Positions 1-12,959 of a stretch of 64,000 nt of DNA are shown one piece after another (within the stretch, counting starts at the first letter, position 1; the number at the start of each line of letters is the position of its first letter). The notes beneath the pieces are model-generated. The model saw only the letters and a list, made by a program, of their open reading frames with translations. It was not told where the DNA came from and ran no database searches. This DNA comes from Octopus vulgaris. Lineage: Eukaryota. The translations under genes were made by a program, and so were the position numbers. The DNA lies in contig OX597815.1 of assembly GCA_951406725.2 (NCBI GenBank), positions 176,266,001-176,330,000 on the forward strand, given 5' to 3'.

Positions 1-681
1 GAGAAACGTTCTCTTGTAGATAGAAATGCATACGTCCACCAGCCTGATTAGGGGTGCTGCAAACTAACTTGCTGATAACAGCAATCACTCTTGAAATTTG
101 AATATGCAACCACTACTTTCCCCATCTCTGATCACACTGTTTACATATGAAATATAACTTGCAGTACCAGCTCTGAATGTTATGAGAAATCTAGAGAGAA
201 ACTTGAAGCTGAATACAGTGCACTGATAAAACATGGTAAGACAATGTCTTGACTTGTAAATCTTTCATAATGTTGGCTGTGTATAATGTTTGCATAATGA
301 AATACTGTGTCCTTCAAGCAATTAATATGTAGATGCTAGTTGCCAGGAATGTACTTAATAAGTTAGTCTATCCATTGTGCTATACTACTAAATTATTGGG
401 TATTTAAGCAATGTGTTCATGGATGGTCAACAGGTTGGATGGGGCACTGAAGAAGGAGCAATAACTCTTGAAATATGTATATACATTCATTGCCTATTTT
501 ATCTGTCTTTGATTACATTCTTTACATGAACCTATTCATATACGAAATGCCATAGTTTTCAGTGCTGGCTCCGAATTCCATAAGAAACCTATAGAGATAA
601 ACTTAAAAATGATGGCCATCCACTTGTGATTGAGGAAGACCATTGCTGACCTTCAGGAACATTGTGTGCTCTTGGACTAAC

Positions 682-880
682 TTATTACCTCCGCCAAGGA
701 AAGAGGTTATGCTTTCATTGGCATTGGTTTGTCCATCTATCCCTCTGTGCGCAATATAACTCAAAAAGTTGTGAATAGTATTTGATGAAACTTGCAGAAA
801 ATATTGGTAATGACACAAGGAACAGATAATGAAATTTTGGTAGTGATCCAGAAATTTGTATGGATTCTTGAAGGATTTTT
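682..880 (+). mobile_element. Helentron-associated (HINE/DINE-1-like) non-autonomous element, 5' part
   Basis: TTATTACCTCCGCCAAGG..GAGGTTATG subterminal palindrome, then GTCCATCTATCC-like repeats and ATAACTCAAAAAGTT..TTTGATGAAACTT. This is the typical HINE layout. Confidence 0.55.
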
Positions 881-939
881 CTTTTGTTATATTTATTTTA
901 CATGAAGTATTACAATGTTACGTTCTTTGATTATCTCTC

Positions 940-1340
940 TTGGTTCCCTCCACTGTTAGGGCTTAGGGTGTGACACTTCTTCACACAGCTGTACTCATAC
1001 ATACACAACACATGACCATACCAGCATAGTCATCTCTCTTTCACACCACATCTGATGCTGTTGTGTATGCACACTGACATCCAGCAGAGAATACTAGCTT
1101 CATTTCTTGCAAGCTTATGCATGTCCTCAGCAGTCACAGCCTATGTTTCACTGACATGTAGCATGGCTGTTCGGACACATGCATCATACAGTCTACCTTT
1201 CACTCTGAGCAAGAGGACCTTTGTTACCAGCAGTGGTAGGAGCTCTCTGACCTTTGGCCAGGCTATTCTTATCCTAGCAGCTATGCTCTCAGAACATCCA
1301 CCATTGCTACTGACTTCATTTGCTGTGCACAGAAAGTGAT
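940..1340 (-). mobile_element. RTE-clade LINE RT C-terminal fragment
   Basis: SIAARIRIAW..RELLPLL...KGRLYDACVRTAMLH.SET is a typical RTE post-RT motif. Confidence 0.85.
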
Positions 1341-1399
1341 TTAAAATATTTGCTTTGTTTCTTTTGTTGCTTTGTATATCTTTCAAATGTAGCTTCAGT

Positions 1400-2460
1400 A
1401 TTATAGCTCAAAATAGTTATTCAGTCAACTATTTCCACAAAATGGCTCTTCTATTATTGGTTTCAAATTGAAATCATTAGGCCAAAGAACATTCTTACAA
1501 GCAGGTGAGGACTCTTCTCTGAAATCATTTCTAACTTTACTTTTGCAGATTTTTGGTAATCCATGAAACTGACTTGTTTTGCATTTTAAGATTGGTTATA
1601 GAGTTGCATTCTTCATTTGTTAAGCCATTTAAGATGGAATTGACTTGGAAGTTGATTTTCTGCATCATTTTTTGCTGATTATAGTTTTTAACATTTTAAA
1701 AACTAAAGCTAGCCTGAAGCATAGATATGCGAGATTTTATAGTAATATATCTCCATTCTATCAACAGTACTTCCTTTATCAGCTTTGGTTATAAGTTTTT
1801 TATTGATTTTCAATGCATTACAATTTTCTCATTCTGTTGTACTGATGAAATTAGAATATGTTCTATATTTTGCTAAAAACTCATATGGAAAATAAGTTAT
1901 ATAATCTCAAAAATAATCAAATAATCTCTATTCCTACCTTTTGGTGGATGGTATCTACTTTTCTTTCTAACGCTAGCTTCATTATCTTTGCTTTATCTAG
2001 CAATTTCTCTGTATATCTTAATTTTCAGCTAAAGTCTGAAATGTCTTTGATTTCATTGCGATTTAGAGTTTCCAGGAATTGGTATAAATTTAATTCCCTA
2101 CACAAGTGTGTTTATTTGTTTTGTTGTTAATGTTTTTCTGAATAAATTTATTATTTTTGCTTTCTAACATTTTCGTTGTTCCACCTGATATACCTGTTCC
2201 TTTTTACAGGATCTGAAAAGTGGTTTTCAAACTTTCAGCTGGTTGGATTTATCTTAGTTCTATATTTGTCATTGCAATTATCAAAATACCAAAGCTGTTT
2301 CTTCTGTAGTTATATAAAGAATTCTTTCCTCAATAATCATTTCCAAAAATTGCTTTTCCCTCATTGAGAAAATTAATTAGTCTTCATTTCAGATTCTCCT
2401 CTTTTTGTTAATGGAGACCCCCACCCCACGAGTTACCTGTAAATCTCTACCAAGGTTGAT
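1400..2460 (-). pseudogene. Decayed Penelope-like RT N-terminal region
   Basis: Minus-strand ITKADKGSTV (~1765-1793) and TSQFHGLPKICKS..KPI (~1455-1577) correspond to the PLE motifs 'KPADKG' and 'FYGLPKIHK..RPI'. The outer boundaries are approximate. Confidence 0.65.
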
Positions 2461-3739
2461 CTCTGTTAAATTCAACATTTCAATTTCATTTGAGAATTTG
2501 ACCATAATTTTGTCTTGGATTTCTACTGTTTAACTTATTTTGTAGTTGTTTAATCATTTTTGCCTTGGAAAAGAATATGCAGCTGAAAGATTTTACTTTA
2601 TTATTTTTTTACTTGTTTCAGTCATTATGACTACGACCATGCTGGGATACTGCCATGAGGAATTTCAGTCGTACTAATCAACCCCAGGACTTATTTTCTT
2701 TTAAACCTAATCTCTTTTGCTGAACCTCTAAATCATGGGGTGTAAAAACACCAACACACATGCATATGTAAGTGGCAGGCTTCTTTCAGTTTTTGTCTAA
2801 CAAATCCACTCACAAAGCTTTGGTCAACTTGAAGCTGTGGTAGAAATCACTTGCCCAAAAGGCCACACAGTGGGATTGAAGCTGGGACCATGTGGTTGGG
2901 AAGCAAACTTCTTACCACACAACCATGCCTGCACCTATTGTTCAATAAATCCTGTTTTTTTTTTTTTTTGATAATTTTGGTCTAACTTTGGAACAGACAA
3001 ATCTTTGGAACAGCAATATATCCAACATATACCAATTGAGTAATGGAATACCTTCTGATAAAAGTGTATGAAAACTCAGGGCAAAAATATGGGAAACTTT
3101 TTACAATTACTTGAAGGAAAATTGGAACAAACATTTAGACAATTGTTACACCCTCTGGGAAGACAGTTTGGATAGACATTTTGAATTTAAGACACAGAAA
3201 TTATCTTAACACATGCGCTCCTATATCTGACCATCACTTACTGCAGTCATATCTATCCCATCTCTAACCATCCCTCCTCACACTTTTATGAAATTTCACC
3301 CTCAGTTTCCCCACCCTCACTACCTGCCCACTCAAACAGCCCTGTCGGCTGCATCAATTCACTTCTATTCACATCCAACAACACACTGTATGTTGAGTGT
3401 ATGTCCTGACATTGCCACTACCATTTCTCTCTCTCTCATATATATATATACACACAAAGTAAGTTAGGGGTTATGGGTGTAACCCACTAAGGGATAGTAT
3501 TTATCCAATATACTGTTGGTAAAATACCTAGATTCTTAATATATAATGTTTTTAATTGCAATGCAATTAACTTATTTATTGTATTAAACAGGTGGAGGTA
3601 AAGAAATATTTTTACCGTAAATTTATAATACAAATAAGGAAATGGAGAAACAAGTTTATTTTGTTCATCAACTTTCGGATATTAGAACGTTATCCAAAAG
3701 TTGATGAACAAAATAAATTAGTTTCTCCATTTTCTTATT

Positions 3740-3776
<37 letters not shown>

Positions 3777-4999
3777 TATAACCCAGTCTCTCTTTCTTTC
3801 TCTCTTTTCCAACTGGGGCGGCCATGTAATCTCCTCTATAGCAAAACACCTGTCACTGCTCCTCTATTAAACTTTTTAACCTCCTGTCAATTGGCAAAAC
3901 GTCATCTCCCTCAATACCACACCATCTTCCAGTTGAGAGGTATTTGTCTTGCAACCCCACCCCCACCAATTCTGGTGCCATGTAAAAAGCACCCAGTACA
4001 CACCAAGTTTAGTGGTTTGCATTAAGAAAGGCATCCAGTCATAGAGACTATGCCAAATGCAGACCTTGTCACAGCCGTCTGGTTTGCTAACTTTGTTGAT
4101 CCAGTCAACCCATGTCAGCATGTTAAATGATGATGATGATGATAATAGCTTAAACTCCTGAATAGGATAGAGGCAAATGCATAAAATAAACCACTGGACT
4201 TGGAACAATAGTTACTTTTTACTTCATCCGATCTGAAACATGAGAATAAGTATTTCCTTTGCTCAGGTTAAAAGAAAAAGCAGCATATCCTACCAAATGT
4301 GAACATCTGAAAGAAAGAAAAAAAAAAAAAGATAGTAACTAAGAGATATTTTGATGAAAAGATATTATTACCCATCATTAATTGATAACGAGAGAGGGGG
4401 AGAGCAAAAGCAATTGTCACCAATTATCTTCAATTTCAACACATAAGTTTATGAATATTGAGGCTTTTAAAAGCTGATCCAAAAATGAGAAGAATTTTAG
4501 AATAACTAAAGATAAAAGTTCTGTTGTGTCTGGGGAGAGTCATTTTCTTTTTGTGCCTTATAATGTGACACACTCACCGGTAAAATTTCCACTTCTTATT
4601 TTTTATTTTCCTATTTGAGTCAAAACTATTGAAAAGGTTGCAAGAAGCAACGAACATTTTAGGAAAATAAGGCAGAAAAAGAAAATGACTCTCCCCAGAC
4701 ACAACAAAATATGCTCCAACACACGAACTCATATAAAGAATCTTGCAAACCAAATCCAAAAATGAAATAAAGATAAAAACAAAAGTGACAAATCTTTAAA
4801 TGTTCAACAGCTGTTCAACTGTTATCAACCAATGTTATATGAAACCTTGGCAGCAAACTGGCAGAATTGTTAACTTGTTAAGCAAAATGCTTAGTGGCAT
4901 TTCGGCTGTGTTTATGTTCTGAGTTACTAGTCTGTCAAGGTTGACTTTACCATTCATCCTTTCCTCCCCTGAAACTGCTGGCCTTGTGCCAAAATATGA

Positions 5000-5645
5000 A
5001 ACCAATATATCAAAACTGAGTAAAAATGGCAGAAGGTCAAATTGTGGAACTTGTATTAATATACTCTACATTTTCGAGATATAGTTCAGAAAAAGAAAAA
5101 TATGAAATGAAGACAAATTGACATTCTTATCTACAAAACTATATCATAACATGGTGTGGATGGGATGAAAATCACATTGGCCATACAAGGAGTCCAATTA
5201 GAGAACAACACATAACCGAAGCACTACAAAAATTTTCCTCAGTGAATACTTAAATTGATATGGCAGCCAAATTCTGAGCAATTCCTATCATATTAAAACA
5301 CAGATAATACAACAGAAAGTTGAAACATTTTTACTGAAAAATTTAAAACTAGTTTCAATCAATAACTAATTATGACGAATACTTTGAATTTAAACATCAA
5401 TATTTGCGAAAATATTTGTTGGCCATTGTATTGAATAATTATTGCTGGTTTTTTTTTTTCCTTAATGAGTTTACTACAAATTTAGGTTACTAATATTACA
5501 TAGCATTCCCTCTTGTTACCTAGTGTGTTTATAACAGAGTTTCTTTGCTTATTTCTGTTGATACAAAGCTAACAGTAGCCATCATTACACACACAGATTC
5601 CAATTATTGCCTTCGATGAAAAAAGGAAATTTGTAGGTAATAATG
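5000..5645 (+). pseudogene. Decayed Penelope GIY-YIG endonuclease and 3' region
   Basis: Frameshifted 'T..S..LY.I..CG..ENHIGHTRSPIREQH' resembles IY.I.C..C...YIG.T. A decayed hammerhead-like motif lies near 5608-5638. Confidence 0.5.
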
Positions 5646-5720
5646 TATTTTGAAATAATTTTACTAATTAAAGTGCAAAAGAATTGAGCCTTGTCTCTAT
5701 TTACTATATGTGCGTGTGTG

Positions 5721-5764
<44 letters not shown>

Positions 5765-5989
5765 ATATACACTCTCTCTCTCTATATATATATATATATG
5801 ATGATTGCCTCATCTTTTCTACTCTAGGCACAAGGCCCAAAATTTTTGGGGAAGAGGCCAATCAATTAGATCATACCTCATTATGCAACTGGTACTTAAT
5901 TTATCAGTAATTTCCGTGAACACGTGTTGTCATGTCAACTGTCAGCTGAATGCTTGTTCTGTTTGGCATATCGAAGTGGAAAGAGGAAG

Positions 5990-7320
5990 CTAATGGGTTG
6001 TATGTCTGTTTTTGTGTATTCTCGAGAGGGAGCCAGTTTGAAGCTGACCCCACCAGAGGAATTGACTAATAATGTGGCGAAGAAAACAGTTGTCTACAGG
6101 ACATTGTCTACCTCTTCTAAAAGAAAAAAGAAAAAAAAGATTGCCTCAATAGAGGAATACCTCGAAGACATAAAAAACCTACCACGTTTTATACGCATGG
6201 AAGGAAGTAGGGCACAGTGGAGGTAAGGTTTACCAACGAAGAGGACACAATAAACTACTCCACTGTGCTGATAAGGACACAGGAATGGGTACTTCTGTCG
6301 ACTTACTGTGGCAAAAGCGTTGCCAGAGTATGAATCGGTAGAACACCCACACACACGAGATTAAGGAAGTATGGCTGGTGGCAGCAGTCATGCACAGAAT
6401 GGAAGTCAAGGCAAAAATATTGAAAACTAAAAAGGTTAATTGGTGGGGGTATGGCAATACAAGTAAGGCTCAAAGACTTGCACAAGATCACAGAAGAGAT
6501 TATTCTGCTGGAAGACATTAGGCTGAGAATGGTGGTGGAAGGCAGACCACCACTGTGTTTCTTATGAGGACAAAAGGGGGCACATGAAAGCAAGGTGCCC
6601 CCAGGAAGAAAACAAAGAGGAGGAGCAGAAGCAACAATATGAAGGACAAACTGCCAAAGTGGCGGTGCCGGAAAGAGAGAAAGACAAATCATTCACTGTG
6701 GTGAATAGGAGGAGGAAGGAAAGAGCATGTAAGCTCTCCACCAGAGAGCCATAAAAGGATGAAGGAGATAGAAGTGGAGGTGACAAGGAGCTGGTTAGAT
6801 GCAGCAGCATCAACAATAGAAAGTAGCGTGGAAGCAGAAACAGCATTGCAACACGTAGTAGAAGACAAACGTGGAGGAATTTTTTTTAGCGTTCCAACAG
6901 AGGAACTAAGAAAAATTACTCGCTCGGACAGCCCAGGTCCGTCACTGAAACAAACATGTTAAAAAGAAAAAGTGGCACAGTCACATATGTTAAAAGCACT
7001 GCTATCGAGTGGAAAATAAAGTTCAAATCTGTCATAAGAATTAGGTTGCCACCAGCAAAAAAAATCCAGAATATATCGAAGGAACACTAATTGATAAAGA
7101 GAGACATGGCAGACTGAAGGAACTGTCCGGAAATGATATAGACCCTTTAGGAGCTGAGATAGAATTCAACAATTTACCATCAGTAGTGGAGTATGAGGAA
7201 TTGGAACCCTTGATTAACTACAATAGAAATATGTTTTAAAAATGGGAAAAAAAAAGAGAAAATAGACTTTAAAAAAAAAAAAACAATGCAAAAAGGAAAA
7301 AAAAGAGAGAAAAAGAAAAT
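5990..7320 (+). mobile_element. ORF1-only Tx1/L1-like retroelement, copy 1 (decayed)
   Basis: LKLTPPEE..KKTVVYRT at the N-terminus, a GRPPLC..GQKGHMKARCP CCHC knuckle at 6541-6603 and C-terminal DIDPLGAEIE..SVVEY. A stop and an A-rich tail follow at 7240-7320. Confidence 0.7.
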
Positions 7321-7399
7321 CTTTAAAAATTGTAGGATTCAACTGTTAAATGGTACTGCTTAAGGGTGGGGCTCAATGCAACCATTTCATCATAGTTTG

Positions 7400-9165
7400 T
7401 TGGTGTGAATGGTTGTGTTTTTGTGTGTTGCTTTGCAGCAATTTTTGTGAGACACCATCATTGTTTTGGTGGTAGTGAATGCTATGGGAGATCGAGTTCC
7501 CGTTGGCCCAAGTGTGCTGAGACAGGAATTGCTTCAGTACAATAGAGAGCTGATAAAGAAATATTGTAAAATGGTAAAAAGAGAGGGGTCAAATATAAAA
7601 TTGACCCCGCCAGAGGAAGAACAAATGAAAATGGAAAAGAAGACAGTAATATTCAGAACATTTTCAAATGTAAAAAGACGAATTGAAAACGCACTGCAGG
7701 AGGAAATAGAAGAAATTTTGGAAAGACTCATAGTAGACAGCATAGCGTCGTTCCTTATGAGAGGAAAAAGATATGTGTCCATAGTGGTAACTTTTGTATG
7801 AGATACAGGGAGACGAATGGACATTGCTGCCAAACTGTTTGGACAAACAAATTGTCGGAATTAGGGTGGGAAAAATCCCACCGTGGACAGACCCAGAGTG
7901 GATAATAGCGGTGATTTTTTTAGGAGACAGGGGAGGAAATGGTGAAAAGTGGAGCACGGGCATGATAAACCGGATCCAACAAGTGAAGTGGTGGGACTAC
8001 AGAATAGATAATTTATGCAGTGAACCAGAAGTGTTATGACGGGATGCGAGAAACTTTAGAGCAACCAAATGAAGTAAAGCTGGAGATAATGTTAGTGGGG
8101 AGGCCCCTAAAGTGTCATGGATGTGGTGAAAGAGGGGCACAAAAGAAAGAGATGCCCTAGAGCAGCAGTGGAAATTGCAGAGGAGAGTATTCAGGGAAAT
8201 ATAATGGAGAAACAGCAGAATCAGATAACAGGACAAGTTGTGATTTTGTGGAGGTGAAATCAAGAAAAATTAACGATAATGGAGTAGAAAAAATACAAAG
8301 CTATGGAAGAAGTAAACTAACCTACAACGAAAAGCAGGAAAAGTTTGTCAGTAGGATCACCAGTGGAAAATGCTACCGATAAGGATTCGATACTGAGCAA
8401 GCAAGTACATAAACATTCAGACCGACAAACATGCAAACACGGAAATATAGACAAACGGATACGAGATAACTCAGAATCAGAGAAACCTAAAAACACAGAC
8501 ACACAAACAAAACACACATATTTACAGTCACACAAACACACAGACAATCACAGGATAATGTAGAATTACAGAAATAGAAAAACAGAGTCACAATCACAAA
8601 GCACAGACACACAAGACACACACAGAAGTAAGGTTTTTCTAGTGAAATATAGGACAACCCAAAAGTTAAAGAGAATTTCAAAATTGAAAAGCATTGTAAT
8701 AGTGAACTTGGATTACGACAGGAGCATGAGGTGTATCATATTGAATGATGTAAAGTACAGCTTCAATACTTTCCTTCGGATGTGAATCCACTGGGGCCGG
8801 ACGTGGAAATTGAACCTTGCGCCTCGGTGGTGGACTATGTTGACACAAAAGATAATTTAAAGTGGTAAGTTATGATTTGTTTTAAAGACTGAAAACCTTT
8901 TGTTTAAAATCTTTGTTGTTAAAAAGAAAAAAAGAAAAACTCGTAACCATCTTGGTTAAATGAACATACGTAGAAATATTTTGTTATACTGCAAGTTTTA
9001 AAAAAGGAAATCACAGCTTCATCTCGGACTGGCGGGGCCAAGATAGCAGTTTCATTTTCATTGTAATTATATTCATTTTCATTCATTTTTTCATGTGTTT
9101 TTTTTTGTCCCCACATGTCTATATATGTCCCCTCTGTGTTTACGCCTTGTGCCTCGAATAAAATT
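7400..9165 (+). mobile_element. ORF1-only Tx1/L1-like retroelement, copy 2 (decayed)
   Basis: IKLTPPEE..KKTVIFRT, a GRPLKCHGCG..GHKRKRCP knuckle at 8097-8158 and DVNPLGPDVE..SVVDY then stop. The 3' UTR ends in AATAAA at ~9157. Confidence 0.7.
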
Positions 9166-11707
9166 CATTTCATCATCACTTATTTCTATCATTTTTATAT
9201 ACGTTTCATTTTACATTCGTTTTATGTTGTCAACTCTGTGTATGGTCTTAGTGCCAAATTAAGAAAGTGTCTATTCCCGAGAAGTATGTTTATAAAATTC
9301 GAGTCAAAACGAAATTACGTCATGTTTAAGGTGGGACCATGAACGTATATAGTAAGACATGATGGGGGGGGGGACACGAGTTGTTTGGACAGACGCTGAT
9401 CAGTTAGGACGGTTGGCGTTGCGCAAATTCAAACAACTTCGGCCCAAGTCCAAAGAGCGTCTGAAACCTAAAAGTTTGAGTTTCTTTGAAGACGTTCAAC
9501 TGTGACAACGTACTTTCAAAGAACTCCTCCTCATTCTGTCAGCTTCAGAACATAGGGGAGTCACTGTTTTGCTTCCCTAGTCGTTATGACTATGGGGCTA
9601 AGTTTTTGTTTTTAGCAACTCTCAATCCTCGTGCCCAGTTCTTCACTCAACATTCGTTCATTTTAAGCAGCTTCTTTGAGGCTAAATACATCGTTTTATC
9701 CTGTTTGCTGAAATTGGTTTCTCCATCAATATTTTGTATCTGCATTATGACATTTATCCTACTTTGTATCGTGGAATTGATATCATCAGCTCCAACCTAA
9801 AAGGCCCTGTGAACTGTAAGTAAGTGAAACTGAAATTATTCACATCTTAACAAATGTTATTCCTGCCAGACTATGTCGACATTATGAGGTTTTGCACAGA
9901 TCGTAAGTTTTACACTGTCACATACACACACACACATTTGTTCAGCGGTTTTGGAAACCTGTAATAAAATTGTTGCACTTTCAACTCAGACACAACTCAT
10001 CCACCTTCTGATATTTATCGATACCTTTTATGTAAAACAGCCATCTACAGTTAATTGCAAAATTTGTGACTACTCCCCACCTCCCAATTAAAATTCTTAA
10101 TTTTATTTACTTTAAGGAGATCGTAGCGAATTGAACTATATGCAAATCGAAATTAAATACAGACAAAAACATTAATGTGAAAAGAATTTGCGTTTTACTT
10201 CTGTAAATAAGAATTTAATGTAAATTAAATACACCATTTTATGAGAAACAATGTTTAATAATTAAATGTCATGAAGTTTAATAAGGGGCTCAAATTTCAC
10301 CCCTCCCCCAATTTTAAATCTTGAACTTTTTCATCCATTTATGTCAACTAAATGTGACGGTCCTGACGGTGTTACTGTTGTTTTTTTAACCACAGGAAAG
10401 ACATTCATATCTATCTCTTTATACACCTATCTATATGCTTATTGAATTTAAAAGTTTCAAAACGTGGTTTCTTGCATATTCGGATCTCCATCTAAAACAT
10501 AGGGGAGAAAAGTTCGAAAAAGTTCAAAATTTTAAAGTGGGGGTGATGGTGTTAATTTTTTTTTTTGCATATTCGACATCTTATACGTAGGAATCGCATT
10601 TTCAAAATTTCAATTCCCACCTACACCCTCTTCATTCATTTTTCACTTTTTCTGGATTTCTTTTTTTTTTTTTTTTTGCAAAATGCATAGAAAAATACGA
10701 AGATTACGATTCTGAAAAAAAAATTTGTAAACTTTCAATTTTTCAACAAGAAACAAAACAGTACACTCAGGCCTTCAAGCAGGCTCTCTACATGCTAGAA
10801 ATAACAGCCAAATCTCAAAAAACTGCGATAACAATGAAATATTAAAAATTGTTTTTTTTTCAGAATCGGATCCTCCCTAACCAAAAACGTGGGATTCCGT
10901 AAAAAAAAAGAAAAATCAATATATATCCAATTTACCCGAATTTATGACGGAAAAATCGGATCTTGTGAATTTTCCGAAAGTCCCATCCCCACCCCAGGGT
11001 CGTCAGCGTGCATTTTTTTTTTCATATTCGATTTCCACACACTTGTTAACCCCACCCCCAGGTTGGTTATTATTATTTTTTAATTTTTTTTTTTGCCGGG
11101 TGAGGATGTTTATATAGACCAACATTTTTTCAAAATAATGCATTTTTCAAGGAGAGGTGCGAAACTGCATTAGCCCCGATATTTTGTTTGAAATATTCTC
11201 TAAAAAAAAAAAAAAAAATGCAAAAATTCACAGACGGCGATGTAAACGGACTCCTTCCAACCTTAAAAAATTTTTTTTTACAGAATCCCACGTTTTCGGC
11301 TATGGAGATTTCCGATTCTGAAAAAAAAAAAAAACCAATTTTTTTCATTTTTTGACTTTCTGGATTTTTTTTTTCTTTTTTTTTTCGAAATACGTAGAAA
11401 AATACGGAGATTCTGACTCGAATTCTATAAAGATACTGTTCGGTAATTTCCGTGAGCACGTGTTGTCTTGGCAACTGTCAATTGACGAATCGAAGTGGAA
11501 AGAGAAAATCAATGGGTTGTGTGTGTGTGTGTGCAGGTAAGAACAAATATGCAAGACTTTTTATGAAGCTTAAAATCCGACATTATTTGCGTAATAAATA
11601 CATAATAAACATAAACATAATACATAAAACAGAACAAGCACACACACACACGCACACAAGAACCCGTACAACGCGCTCTCTTTCCACTTTTGAGACGTCA
11701 ACTGACA

Positions 11708-12517
11708 TCCTCATCATTGTTCGACCGTGGTCGAGACAATGGAATTTACTATGTTACACCAGACCTCACGGTCCATCATAGCATTACGGAGGTCCTGTTG
11801 TTGGACGCCTGTATCCCTGGAGATTACATCAGGGTAGAAGAGTGTGGCACCCTCTGGTATCTCGAGTAGATGGCTTCCAGAGAAGAGTAGAAATTACCTC
11901 GTCTTCAGCTCTACAACAATGTCCAGCAAACTGGACTCTTCTACCTTTCACAAGAGATGATACAGGTGGTAGTTTCCCATATATATTTGTACTTTGGTTG
12001 GATGACGCTTCCACAAGAGATTTTGAGCTCTCATAAGGAGGTGAGTGTAGGTTCCATCCAACCGCCTCTCAAACTTCTTTGATAACGTCCAGGTTTCTGA
12101 GCCATATAGTAGAATTGGTTCGAGTGTGGCTTTGAAGATTTTAAGTTTGAAATCTCTACTATGTGCTACGTATGTCAGTTGATACCATTTCTGGTAAGAG
12201 CTTTGAAATAAAACCTAGAAGTTCCAGACACCCAGCTGACTTTGCTGACGACATCGCTCTTATCAGTGATTCTCTCTCCAATGCCCAGTCTCTTTTACAA
12301 TTTCTTGACCAAGCCTCAAATTGTGTAGGCCTTTACCTCAATGAGTCCAAGACTGAATATGTAAACAAGTGCCTGTCTAACAGTGATTTCATCATCCATA
12401 CTCTCAACAATACTCTCTTAAATATGGTTTCTGATTACAAATATCTTGGGTCATACATATCATCATCTGAAAAAGATTTTCTAACTAGAAAGGGTATGGC
12501 CTGGTCAGCCTGTAATG
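11708..12517 (-). mobile_element. RTE LINE fragment with 5' inversion and 11-bp TSD
   Basis: 12160-12515 (+) encodes FADDIAL..YKYLGS..WSACN. 11750-12160 (-) encodes LLYGSETWTL..RRVQFAGHC. TSD GTCAACT(G/A)ACA at 11697-11707 and 12518-12528. Confidence 0.88.
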
Positions 12518-12959
12518 GTCAACTAACAGTTGAGAGGAAAACGTGCTCACGGAAATTACCGAGTGGTATGTTTATAGAATTCTAGTCAAAACGAAAGAAT
12601 ACCAAAAATTGTTTGTAAAATTTCAATTTAAAATAAAAAGTTACCCCCAACACCTCCTGATTCTACGGCCTTGACCTCCAAGCAGGCTATTCACATGCTA
12701 GAAATAACAGCCAAATCTTATAAAAAAGAAATATTTAATCAATCTACTCACGTTTCTGCAAAGATTTCGTCCAGAGTAATTTCCTGCAGTAATTATGACA
12801 AAGTGAAGTTTAAAGTGTTTATTTTAGTTTTTGTTTTGAAAGTCACAAAACAAAACAAAAAAAAAACACGAGTCCAGAAATAACAGCAAACTCATACTGT
12901 AACAAAATGAAATTAAAGGGTTTTTTTTTTTTCGGTGGAATTTAGAGGAAACTTCGGCA

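Noticed and set aside
165-235. Possible + strand exon (AG..GTAAGA, TSSECYEKSREKLEAEYSALIKH)
   Set aside because: Weak pyrimidine tract, no recognisable homology and no partner exon found.
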